A stretch of DNA of 64,000 nt from Malacoraja senta. Its lineage: Eukaryota. Numbering within the stretch: position 1 is the stretch's first letter; the number at the start of each line of letters is the position of its first letter. This document shows, one piece after another, positions 52,993 through 64,000 of this stretch. A program made the translations under genes and the position numbers. The notes below the pieces were generated by a model. It saw only the letters and a list, made by a program, of their open reading frames with translations, had not been told where the DNA came from and did no database searches. Where the stretch lies: positions 16,370,001-16,434,000 of the forward strand of contig CM075990.1 of the NCBI GenBank assembly GCA_038087875.1. Reading direction: 5' to 3'.

Positions 52993-55861
52993 GCAGTGAG
53001 TGAGCTGCCAGCACACCAGGCCTGAGTGTCTGAGCTGCCAGCCCAGGAATCCATTTGGCCTACAATGTCCATACTAGCCCTCTGGAAACCAGTCGCTTCA
53101 ACCCACAAGAATCATACTAGCACTCCAGAATGACCCCCCCCCCCCCGCTGACCACCAGCCCTCCAGTGTGAACATGGGACCCAACGGGTTCTACTTAGTC
53201 TAGTAATGACCATTGGGATGTCTTCTCTTGGGAATTGAATCGGAACAACAAGGAATTCCTCTGTGATTCGGGGCAAAATACTCACTTTGCGCCAAAATTC
53301 ATTTATAAGTAAAATAATTCAAAGAGGGCTTATGGGATACAGTCTTACATTTATTGAGGAATCGACTGTTAATTTAGCATTCTTCTTTTGTCTCACCCAC
53401 AAGAAATAGTCCAAGACAGGACTGGACCATACGGTTACCATTTAGAAAGGGACAGACCTTAACCGATATCGGAAATTAAGACATACCTTGGGAACGCAAG
53501 GTCATAGTATTAAATGATGAGGTAGATCGAAAATGTATACGTTCCCCTCAGATGATCAATACTAACCATCAAGAAGATTTACTTAGAACAAGAACCCTTA
53601 GACAACGTGGCCAATAAAATAATATAAAAAACAAAGCCAATAGAATAAAAGCGAGAACCCCATGACAGAGACCGAAGCCAACATAATAAGAGCTAATATA
53701 ATAAAGAACCAACATAGTGGAGAATTAGCATAGTAACTAGTTATCATAGTGAAGAGTACAAAAATAAGGGGAAATGGAAGACAGACTTGATTAACTGCAG
53801 GGGGAAACTTGGATTGTATTGGGAATAGCAGAGCCGATGTGTATTCGCCCGATGGATTTGAATTGTTTAACCCTTGATGGTAAAGAGGCTTATATTATCA
53901 TGGTGGAAATAAATTGTCCCTGGATTTGGCCTTTTTGATTGGACCTATGATGAAATTAGTAATAATAAGAAATTGATTGTTTAAATTTGAACAGCTGGGA
54001 ATTCCACAGGAATTGGAATGGAATTGTATTATCGGCTACAATGCTGTGGAATGAAGAAGAAGAAATGGGCATTGATATTCTGAATAGTAAATTGAAGGCT
54101 GAGACTGAATTTGGTTAAATTGGAACATTCATTATGGTTTGCTTCAAATTAAAGTCACGCCTTTAGGGGAATCTGGACTGAACCCAGCTGAAATTTATAT
54201 GATTCCCTGTCATCAGATATACATAGTAGAACACCATGTGAGGATGAAGAAGGAGATTTAATGTGGATCCTAGAATAATAAAGAGTAGGTTAGGGAATAC
54301 GAATACAACATATTAGGTTCAATAGATAATAGAATAGGGCTAGGTTCAAGTGAAATAGGACTAGCGAATGTGTGGGAGAGCATGAGTGCATAATCGTAAC
54401 TTGCTTTGTCCCAAGCTTCTTAGGATTTTTGTAGGGTTTAGGTTTGACTGTGGAAGGTGATGGAAGACTGGGCAGGAACACAGAAGGAGGGAATTCGTGC
54501 CCACAAAAATTCGGGAGGTGAAGGCTCCTCAGACAGGATTTGTGAAGTCATGCCCATGAAAACTCGGGATACTTTACAAGATTCTGAGAAGAAACAACAT
54601 CATCTTGTGTTACTGACGGATGGGAAATGTAAAGCACACATATGTATAGCTGGTACCTGATTACTGAGCCACTTTGGTTATCATAATGATGGGTTATCAT
54701 ATGATAAAAGGAAGGAATGTTAATCCTGGCTAAATTGGACCAGTCAGGACTTCAAAATGGGGTTAAGTTTCATGGTTTACTGGGAGATTTGGTCAAATTG
54801 GAATTGCTCTCTGCAGAGATGGGACAGGCCACGGTGCGTTTTTGAAAGTGGTGGAGCTGAGCGATCAATGATCACTGGACTCAGGGGTACCCGGCGAGGG
54901 AGCAGCGGGTCCGAGTGGGGGGAGGGTGTGGGCGGGGGTACCACAGGAGGGACGTTTTGAAATTTGATGTATCAAAATCATGTTTTAGTGCATTGTAGAA
55001 GAATAATTTCAATATTTTTTGTTTGAAGCATTGTTAAGATAATGTAGGGCCTATATGAGAGATAGGAGCAGGTGATAATTATTTTTGTTATTGCTCGACC
55101 TCCAAAACCTGGGGGATAATAATACAGGCCATCCCCCACCTCAAAAAATGGGGGGATATATCCCCCACCTACATGGGACACTGGTCACCGGGTACCAGGT
55201 ATCAGGGGGACCAGTTACCAGGGGATCCGGGCACAGGTCACTGAGGTTACTGGTTACGGGGCATTCGCGCCCGCTCCGTTTATCGCTGTTTCCGGGCGTG
55301 CAGATGGACGGGGTGATGGCAGGACTGCCCCGGGAATGGGGCTCGGGGTCAGTGAGATGGTGTGGCACACATAGTACACCATGACCCGAGGGAGGGCAGA
55401 GCGCCCCGGGTGGGTGGGGTATGCCGTGGTGGGTGGGGTGGAAGAGAGGGGTGTTGGGGTGGGAGGGTGGTTTTGGGCAAGAGGGGTTGTGTTGTGTTAG
55501 AGATGTTGGCATGCAGGGAGGTGTGGAGTTGGCACCAATATTGCTGCTGGAGTCGATGGGTGCAGTGGGTGGCGGCCATTTGGCCCATTGAGTCTAGCCA
55601 GTCTCTTTGAACGAGCACCCTCCTAGGTCCCCTTTTACCTTGTGTAGGAAGGAACTGCAGACGCTGGTTTATACCGAAAATAGAACAAAATGTCTGGGTA
55701 ACTCACTGGATCAGGCAGCATCTCTGAAGAAGGATCCCGACCCGAAACAATACGTCACCCATTCATTTTCTCCAGAGATGCTGCCTTGCTGCATTTTGTG
55801 TCTATCTCCCCTATTGCCTTGCCCTTACTCGCAGACTTTTACATGGTTTCCTCTTCAGTGC

Positions 55862-58800
55862 CTTGTGAGTAAAGTGTGAGTCTTTGGCTCGAGAGCCTTG
55901 TGAGGGAAGTGTGAGTCTTTGGCTCGAGAGTCTTCGGCGAGGAGGCCGAGGGGAGGAGGCTACGCAAATCACTGGAGAGGGAGAGACAAAACAAGGAGAT
56001 GTCAGGCAAGCTGATTCAGTGCGATGCTTGCAGTATGTGGGAGGTCAAGGACACCGCTGGTGCCTCTGGCTACTACAAGTGTGAGAAGTGCATCCAGGTA
56101 CAGCTCCGGAAGGACCGTGTTGGGGAACTGGAGAAGCAAGTGGATAACCTCAGGTTCGTCTGAGAGGCTGAGTCGTTCCTCGACGAGTCCTATAGCAAAA
56201 TTCTTACACCGAAGATACTGGAAGAGGGAAGGTGGGTGACAGTGAGAAACGGAAGTAAACATGAAAAGCACAGGTCCCCGGGTGTTGTACCTCTTGTGAA
56301 CAGGTTCGCCCACTTAAAAGCTATCGGGACAGAAGACGTTGACGCACTGAGCGGTGCACTGGCTTGCGATGCAAAAAGTGCTGTTGAGCCAAAACCAACG
56401 AGGCCGATGTCAGGCAACGCAGTGGTGGTTGGAGAATCCATTGTGAGAGGTACGGACAGGGGTTTCTGCGGCAACAGATGGGATTCGAGGATGGTGTGCT
56501 GCCTCCCGGGTGCCAGGATCCAGGATGTCATGGACAGTGTGCAGAAAATCCTCAAGGGCGAAGGTGAACAGCCGGAAGTTGTAGTCCATGTTGGCACAAA
56601 CGATGTCGGAAAGAGGGGGATGAATATTCTGAAGCGTGACTTTAGAGAGCTCGGAAAAGTGCTGAAAAGCAGGACCTCCAGGGTGGTTATCTCCGGTTTG
56701 CTTCCAGTTCCTCGTGCTGGCGAGAGCAGGAACAGGGAGATACAGGACCTGAACGTGTGGCTGGGGAACTGGTGCAGGGGGCAGGGATTTAGATTCTTAG
56801 ATCACTGGGATCTGTTTTGGAGTAAGGGGGAACTGTACAAAAGGGACGGATTGCATCTTAACAGGTGGGGGACCAGCATTCTGGCCAGCAGGATTGCACT
56901 GCTACACGGGTGGTTTTAAACTAAATAAGGGTGGGGTGTCAAATGGGATAGTCAAGGACGGAGTTAAAGGGAGAGTAAAGGGATAGTTAATGACTCCAGA
57001 ATTAATGGAAAGAAAGCACACAAAGGGATAGGAGTGTTTGGCCAAGTGTAGTAGGGATCGATGTGAATGGTGAGATGCGTAAGGAATTAAAAGTATTGTA
57101 TTTGAATGTGCGAAGTATAAGAAGTAAAGTAGATGAGCTTGAGGCTCAGATAGAGGTTGGTAGATATGACATGTGGGGATAACTGAGACCTGGCTGCATG
57201 AGGATCGGGCCTGGGAACTTAATATTCAGGGTTATATATCCTATGGAAAGGACAGGCAGGTGCGCAGAGGAGTGGGGGTAGCTCTTCTGGTGAGGAATGG
57301 AATTCAGTCCCTTGCGAGGGAAGACTTAGGGACTGACGAGGTAGAGTCACTGTGGATTGAGTTGAGGAATTGCAAAGGCAAGAGGACACTAATTGGTGTT
57401 ATCTACAGACCCCCAAATAGTAGCCCGGACGTAGGGTGTGAGTTGCAGCAGGAGTTAAAACTGGCATGTAATAAAGGTAATGCCACTGTGGTGATGGGGG
57501 ATTTCAATATGCAGATAGACTGGGAAAATCAGGTTGGTTCAGGACCCAAAGAAAGAGAATTTGTAGAGTGCCTCCAAGATGGATTCTTAGAGCAGCTTGT
57601 AATGGAGCCAAACAGATAAAAGGCAATTCTGGATTTTGTGTTGTCCAATGAACCATATTTGATAAAGGGAACTCGAGGTAAAGGAACCGCTTGGAGGTAG
57701 TGATCATAATATGATTAGTTTTAATCTGCAATTTGAGAAGGAGAACGTTAAATCGGAAGTGGCAGTGATGCAGCTGAACAAAGGGGATTATGAAGGCATG
57801 AGAGAGGAGCTGGCCAAGGTAGACTGGAAAGGGATACTAGAAGGAATGACGGTGGAACAGCTATGGCAGGAATTTCTGGGCATAATCCGGAAGACACAGG
57901 ATCATTTTATTCCAAAAAGGAATAAAGATTCTAAGGGGAGTAGGAGGCAACTGTGGCTGACAAGAGAAGTTAGGTACAGAATAAAACTAAAAGAAAAGAT
58001 GTATAACACAGCAAAGAGTAGCCGGAAGCCAGAGGATTGGGAAACTTTCATAGGACAACAGAAGGAAACAAAGCGGGCAATACGGGCTGAAAAGATGAAG
58101 TACGAAGGTAAGCTGGCCAGGAATATAAAGAAGGACAGTAACAGCTTCTTTAGATATGTTAAGGGAAAAAGAGTAGCAAAGTCAAAAATGGGTCCCTTGA
58201 AGGCAGACACGGGGTGAAATTATTATGGGGAACAAGGAAATGGCAGAAGAGTTGAACAGGTACTTCGGATCTGTCTTCACCAAGGAAGACACAAACAATC
58301 TTCCAGAAGTCCTGGAGGACAGAGGATCTAAGGGGGTCAAGGAACCGAAATAATTTTTCATTAGGCGAGAGATAGTATTGGGTAGGCTAATGGGACTGAA
58401 GGATGATGAATCCCCGGGGACTGAAGGATGATGAATCCCCGGTGCCTGATGGACTGCATCCCAGGGTCCTTAGGGAGGTGGCTCTAGAAATAGTGGATGC
58501 ATCGGTGATCATTTTCCAATGTTCAATAGATTCAGGATCAGTTCCTGTGGATTGGAGGATAGCTAATGTTATCCCACTTTTCAAGAAAGGAGCGAGAGAG
58601 AAAACAGGGAATTACAGACCAGTTAGCCTGACTTCGGTGGTGGGAAAGATGCTGGAGTCAATTATTAAAGAGGTAATAATGGGGCATTTGGATAGCAGTA
58701 AAAGGATTAGTCCAAGTCAGCATGTATTTATGAAAGGAAAATCATGCTTGACTAATCTTCTGGAATGTTTTGAGGATGTGACAAGTAAAATGGATGAAGG

Positions 58801-59980
58801 GGAGCCAGTGGATGTAGTGTATCTAGACTTTCAGAAAGCTTTTGATAAGGTTCCGCACGGGAGACTGGTGACTAAAATTAGAGCACATGGTATTGGGGGT
58901 AGAGTGTTGACGTGGATAGAAAGGAAGCAAAGAGTAGGAGTGAACGGGTTGAACAGAATGGATGGTAGTGGCGAGTGGAGTGCCGCAAGGCTCGGTGTTG
59001 GGGCCGCAACTTTTTACCATATATATTAATGAATTGAAAGAGGGAATTAGGAGCAACACTAGCAAGTTAGCGGATGACACAAAGCTGGGTGGCAGTGTGA
59101 ACTGTGCAGAGGATGTTAGGAGGTTGCAAGGTGACCTGGACAGGTTGAGTGAGTGGGCAGATGCGTGGCAGATGCAGTATAATATAGATAAATGTGAGGT
59201 TATCCACTTTGGTGGCAAAAACAAGGGGGCAGATTATTATCTCAATGGGGTTAGGTTAGGTAAGGGGGGGGGGGGGGTACAGCGAGACCTGGGTGTCATT
59301 GTACACCGGTCACTGAAAGTTGGCGTGCAGGTACAGCAGGCAGTGAAGAAAGCTAATGGAATGTTGGCCTTCATAACAAGAGGATTTCAGTATAGGAGTC
59401 CAGAGGTTCTTCTGCAGTTGTATAGGGCTCTGGTAAGACCACATCTGGAGTATTGCGTACAGTTTTGGTCTCTTAATTTGAGGAAGGACATCCTTGTGAT
59501 TGAGGCCGTACAGCGTAGGTTCACAAGTTCCTGGGATGGTGGGACTGTCATATGAGGAAAGATTAAAAAGACTAGGCTTGTATTCACTGAAGTTTAGAAG
59601 GATGAGGGGGTGATCTTATAGAGACTTATAAAAGGACTGAACAAGCTAGGTGCAGGAAAAATGTTCCCAATGTTGGGCGAGTCCAGAACCAGGTGCCACA
59701 GTCTTAGAATAAAGGGGAGGCCATTTAAGACTAAGGTGAGAATAAACTTTTTCATCCAGTGAGTTGTAAATTTGTGGAATTCCCTGCCACAGAGGGCAGT
59801 GGAGGCCAAATCACTGGATGGATTTAAGAAAGAGTTGGAGCTCTAGGGGCTAGTGGAATCAAGGGATATGGGGAGAAGGCAGGCACGGGTTATTGATTGA
59901 GGACGATCAGCGATGATCGCAATGAATGGCGGTGCTGGCTCGAAGGGCCAAATGTCCTCCTCCTGCACCTATTTTCTATG
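55862..59980 (+). mobile_element. Near full-length CR1 LINE: ORF1 (zinc finger + SGNH esterase) and ORF2 (APE + RT), inactivated
   Basis: ORF1 from ATG 55999 (CDAC...CEKC, GESIVRG, HVGTND, DGLHLN). ORF2 motifs GITETWL, YRPPN, GDFN, SDH, QGSVLGP, LADD. Stops, frameshifts and a 25-bp tandem duplication at 58392-58441. Confidence 0.93.
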
Positions 59981-59982
59981 TA

Positions 59983-61600
59983 CAGTGGCTTGCAAAAGTT
60001 TTCATACCCCTTGAACTTTTCCACATTTTGTCACGTTACAACCACAAACGTAAATGTATTTTATTGGGATTTTATGTGATAGACCAACACAAGGTGGTGC
60101 ATAATTGTGAAGTGGAAGGAAAATGATACATGGTTTTCAAATTTTTTTACAAATAAAAAACTGAAAAGTGTGGCGTGCAAAAATATTCAGCCCCCCTGAG
60201 TCAATACTTTGTTGAACCACCTTTCGCTGCAATTACAGCTGCAAGTCATTTGGGGTATGTCCATACCAGCTTTGCACATCTAGAGACTGAAATTATTGCC
60301 CATTCTTCTTTGCAAAATAGCTCAAGCTCAGTCAGATTGGATGGAGAGCGTCTGTGAACAGCAATTTTCAAGTCTTGCCAGAGATTCTCAATTGGATTTA
60401 GGTCTGGACTTTGACTGGGCCATTCTAACACATGAATATGCTTTGATCTAAACCATTCCATTGTAGCTCTGGCTGTATGTTTAGGGTCGTTGTCCTGCTG
60501 GAAGGTGAACCTTCCGCCCCAGTCTCAAGTCTTTTGCAGACTCTAACAGGTTTTCTCCCAAGATTGCCCTGTATTTGGCTCCATCCATCTTCCCATCAAC
60601 TCTGACCAGCTTCCCTGTCCCTGCTGAAGAAAAGCATCCCCACAGCATGATGCTGCCACCACCATGTTTCACAGTGGGGATGGTGTGTTCAGGGTGATGT
60701 GCAGTGTTAGTTTTCCGCCACACATAGCGTTTTGCATTTAGGCCAAAAACTTCAATTTTGGTCTCATCTGACCAGAGCACCTTCCTCCACATGTTTGATG
60801 TGTCCCCCACATGGCTTGTGGCAAACTGCAAACGGGACTTCTTATGGCCTTTTTTTCAACAATGGCTTTCTTCTTGCCACTCTTCCATAAAGGCCCGATT
60901 GGTGGAGTGCACGACTAATAGTTGTCCTGTGGACAGATTCTCCCACCTGAGCTGTGGATCTCTGCAGCTCCTCCAGAGTTACCATGGGCCTCTTGGCTGC
61001 TTCTCTGATCAATGCTCTCCTTGCCCAGCCTGTCAGTTTAGGTGGACGGCCATGTATTGGTAGGTTTGCAGTTGTGCCATACTCTTTCCATTTTCGGATG
61101 ATGGATTGAACAGTGCTCCATGAGATGTTCAAAGCTTGGGATTTTTTTTATAACCTAACCCTGCTTTAAACTTCTCCACAACTTTATCCCTGACCTGTCT
61201 GGTGTGTTCCTTGGACTTCATGATGCTGTTTGTTCACTAATGTTCTCTAACAAACCTCCGAGGCCTTCACAGAACAGCTGTATTTATACTGAGATTAGAT
61301 TACAGACAAGTGGACTCTATTTACTAATTAGGTGACTTCTGAAGGCAATTGGTTGCACTGGATTTTATTTAGGGGTATCAGAGTAAAGGGGGCTGAATAC
61401 TTTTGCACGCCACACTTTTCAGTTTTTTATTTGTAAAAAAATTTGAAAACCATGTATCATTTTCCTTCCACTTCACAATTATGCACCACTTTGTGTTGGT
61501 CTATCACATAAAATCCCAATAAAATACATTTACGTTTGTAGTTGTAACGTGACAAAATGTGGAAAAGTTCAAGGGGTATGAATACTTTTGCAAGCCACTG
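59983..61600 (-). mobile_element. Full-length Tc1/mariner element (1618 bp), TA TSD, ~210-bp TIRs, frameshifted transposase
   Basis: TA|CAGTGGCTTGCAAAAG ... CTTTTGCAAGCCACTG|TA. Transposase at ~60201-61221 ([28 protein letters not shown]) is split over several frames. Inserted in the CR1 tail. Confidence 0.95.
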
Positions 61601-62214
61601 TATCTATGTAGCCAGTGTTTGGCATGGCAGATCTCTGCGTTTTTTGTCCCTGATTCCTCTATAAATAGGAGCAGGAATGTTGTGTTCAGCAGCGTTCTCC
61701 ATTAGTCCAAACCCTTGACCTCGTGCCCTCAGACCCCAGGCCCCTCCTCCCATCGCTCGCGTCCACACGGCTCCATGTGTGAGTGTGGGAAGCCTCCACT
61801 CTCCACCCCCCCCTCCCTTCACGTTCACCGGCCCGCCAGCCCCTGTGGTGAGTTGCTGACCCCCACCCACCCTCCCGGTGTGTCACGGGTGAGGTTGGTG
61901 CTTCTTGCAGACACTGAACTGTCCGTGTCGGTCACTAAAGTACATCCGCTGGGCTGGCCGTTAACTCTGGGGGGAACATCGCTAAAAAAGTAGGGGTGCT
62001 AGTGCCCCCCCCCCCCCGGCCCATACACTTTAAGAAATCTCCACAGGGTGTCTCTATATACACTAGCTCACTCCAACAAATAATAAACATCTGCTTCCTA
62101 TCTTCCTCTAACCCCAGCCCATCATTAAGTTTGTAACACCACAAATCTCACCTTGCATAAGACCAGGATACACTTGCACAGACTACAATTACAAAGAAAT
62201 ACACATACTGCGTG

Positions 62215-62720
62215 TCATGTTTCCTTTCTACCCGCAACTGACACTATTTATTCTCCACCAAATTCACCTACTGCCTTGCTCTGCTGCCTCTAACATTTGC
62301 TTTACAGCCCGACACAAAATCTGTCCACGAATTCCTAAGAATTCAAATAGCGACGTGATTGATCTCGCTATGAAACCTCTACACCCCAGCTCTACAGGAC
62401 GTACACTTGCTCTCCATCCTCGCTGCTGAACTTCTGCTGCCAACTCTACATATCTAAACCTTTTCCTTTTCATAAGCCTTATCCACCAAGTTCTATAAAA
62501 TACACTATCCGCTGACTAACTGACCATAACACTACATCAGGCCTCAAACTAATAGTAACAACAAGCTTTCCTCCTAAATCTACCCGCGTCTCCAAATCAT
62601 TGGCACCCCATAACTGGCTTGACTCATACCTATATGCAAACTTCCCCCGTCCACCTTTCTCTCCCTCATGGACAAACTGCTCCTTCCGGACTTGTAATAG
62701 AGCCCGCTCTATTACAAGTT
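62215..62720 (-). mobile_element. Hero/NeSL-type non-LTR fragment (restriction-like endonuclease C-terminus)
   Basis: LRPDVVLWS...VYFIEL...AYERKRFRYVELAAE...GW...PVELGCRGF. Confidence 0.75.
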
Positions 62721-64000
62721 CTCTTTTGGTTCAGAAGCGGTCAGGTAATTCCCCAGCTCCGAGCTTCGCTGTTCACCAATGTGACTGAAGACCTCCGGGC
62801 TCAAAACGAAATCGCGGGCTCCAGTTGCACCACCGTTGTGTTAATCATTGTTAATTCACCAGTAAATTCCTAGCACTTAGTAAGCGAATATGGCTCCGTA
62901 AATCTCAGTGTCGACGTGTCACTATTACGATGCAAATGATGGACCGTTTATATTCAGCATGCCCATCTGCCCTGGACTTCAGTCCATACAGAGGTCCTTA
63001 CCAGAAATACATCTTACAGGTAAGAGTTGTTTCATTCACAATGGACTATTACATTGTCTTTGTTGGGCGCTGATTGCTAATATGTGTTATTGCTCTGCTT
63101 CCTCAGATCGTCACTTTCATCTGGCCTTCTAGAACATGAGTCTTCCTAGACTTTGGGGATGTTGGATTGTGTTGGTCCTGTTACCCAGGGCCCCGACTCT
63201 TGGCTGTGACGATTTAGGCCTATTTAACTGGATCACTAGAGAGATTCTGGACGATCTGTTTGCAATGGTGACTTTAAAGTGACCTTGACCCATTCCTTTT
63301 TCAGATTTATGTGGGTTACCCCAGAGATCAATGCCTGGGCCTCAAAAACTTACAGCTAATATTGGCAACTTGGATGAAGGAGGGGATCAAGGGTGTTGTA
63401 GTCATGATATGGCAGAAAGGAAAGCAAGTTGTGAGAGGTCTGAAGAAGGATCTCAACCCAAAACATCACCTATTCCTTTTCTCCAGGGATGCTGCCTGAC
63501 TTGCTGGGTTACTCCAGATTTTTGTGTCTATCTTTGGTGTAATCCAACATCTGCAGTGCTTTCCTATACTTTATTAGGAGTGTACCTGAATGGAGGGATA
63601 TTGATAGGCTACCTGTGACATGAACTGGACAAATAGCATTAAATGTAGGCAGTGTGAGGTTATCTGCTCTGATATGAAGAAGAGAAATGCAGATGACTGG
63701 CCTGAGTCCTACTAGAGACAGCTGGTACTTTCAGCATCACAGTGCCAGTCCCAAGGTTGAACTTTCCTACTGTGGCCACTTCACTCCAAATGACTTTGAG
63801 GCCCCCTCATGTGTAGGGTATCCCATGGCGTGGAGTGGTTCACAGCCAAAGGAACTTGAGGCACCGTCCCCAATGACTGAACCCCATGAAACAGTCTGAA
63901 CTCTCTCGGCTGACTTAGACCGAGTCATATTAACACACAATTAACACATATTAACACATTTAACATTTAACACAATTAACACATATTAACACACCAATCT

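Larger units (their letters stand above)
51425..53203 (+). mobile_element. Non-autonomous Helitron with two 5' ends and internal satellites
   Basis: A|TC 5' end (TCTATATAATTAAAAGTCTAA, repeated at 52428). 3' hairpin GGGACCCAACGGGTTCT followed by CTAG|T. No TSD. Confidence 0.75.
49280..54600 (+). mobile_element. Decayed endogenous retrovirus-like element (gag-pro), interrupted by later insertions
   Basis: Capsid-like HMPWKSHEIMAVLNRIPD...SPASFIEYL...DL; CCHC knuckles CYTCGRMGHWSRAC (~50373) and CFNCTQSGHWSREC (~50845); protease-like EFLCDSG (~53253). The right boundary is uncertain. Confidence 0.72.

Noticed and set aside
52445..53108. Several long overlapping ORFs with 16-aa repeats
   Set aside because: Artefact of a stop-poor 48-bp minisatellite. 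The units are contiguous with no unique spacers, so this is not a CRISPR array either.

Overview
This is AT-rich vertebrate genomic DNA. The repeat content (HE1/V-SINE-like tRNA SINEs, CR1 with esterase ORF1, Penelope, Rex1/Babar) suggests a cartilaginous fish, probably a skate or ray (inference). The minus strand carries 14 consecutive coding exons (33453 down to 4792; 1936 nt, all GT-AG, frame-consistent) of a 2-oxoglutarate dehydrogenase E1 gene, and diagnostic residues indicate OGDHL. I could not find the first coding exon or the 3' exons in the window. The introns hold two Tc1/mariner elements, L2, L1, Rex1, RTE, Hero and CR1 LINEs (one near full length), a decayed gag-pro endogenous retrovirus, a non-autonomous Helitron, MITEs and a frameshifted FAM110-family pseudogene beside duplicated hAT fragments. 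The top finding is a 149-bp TSD-flanked retroposon headed by a minimal CPEB3/HDV-like ribozyme fold (52574-52627, minus strand). Next is a family of 130-180-bp TSD-flanked Penelope-derived inserts carrying minimal hammerhead cores, followed by a partial duplicate of an OGDHL exon. Coordinates were read by eye: exon and TSD boundaries were counted to the base, repeat boundaries are approximate, and all family assignments come from recalled motifs, not database searches.
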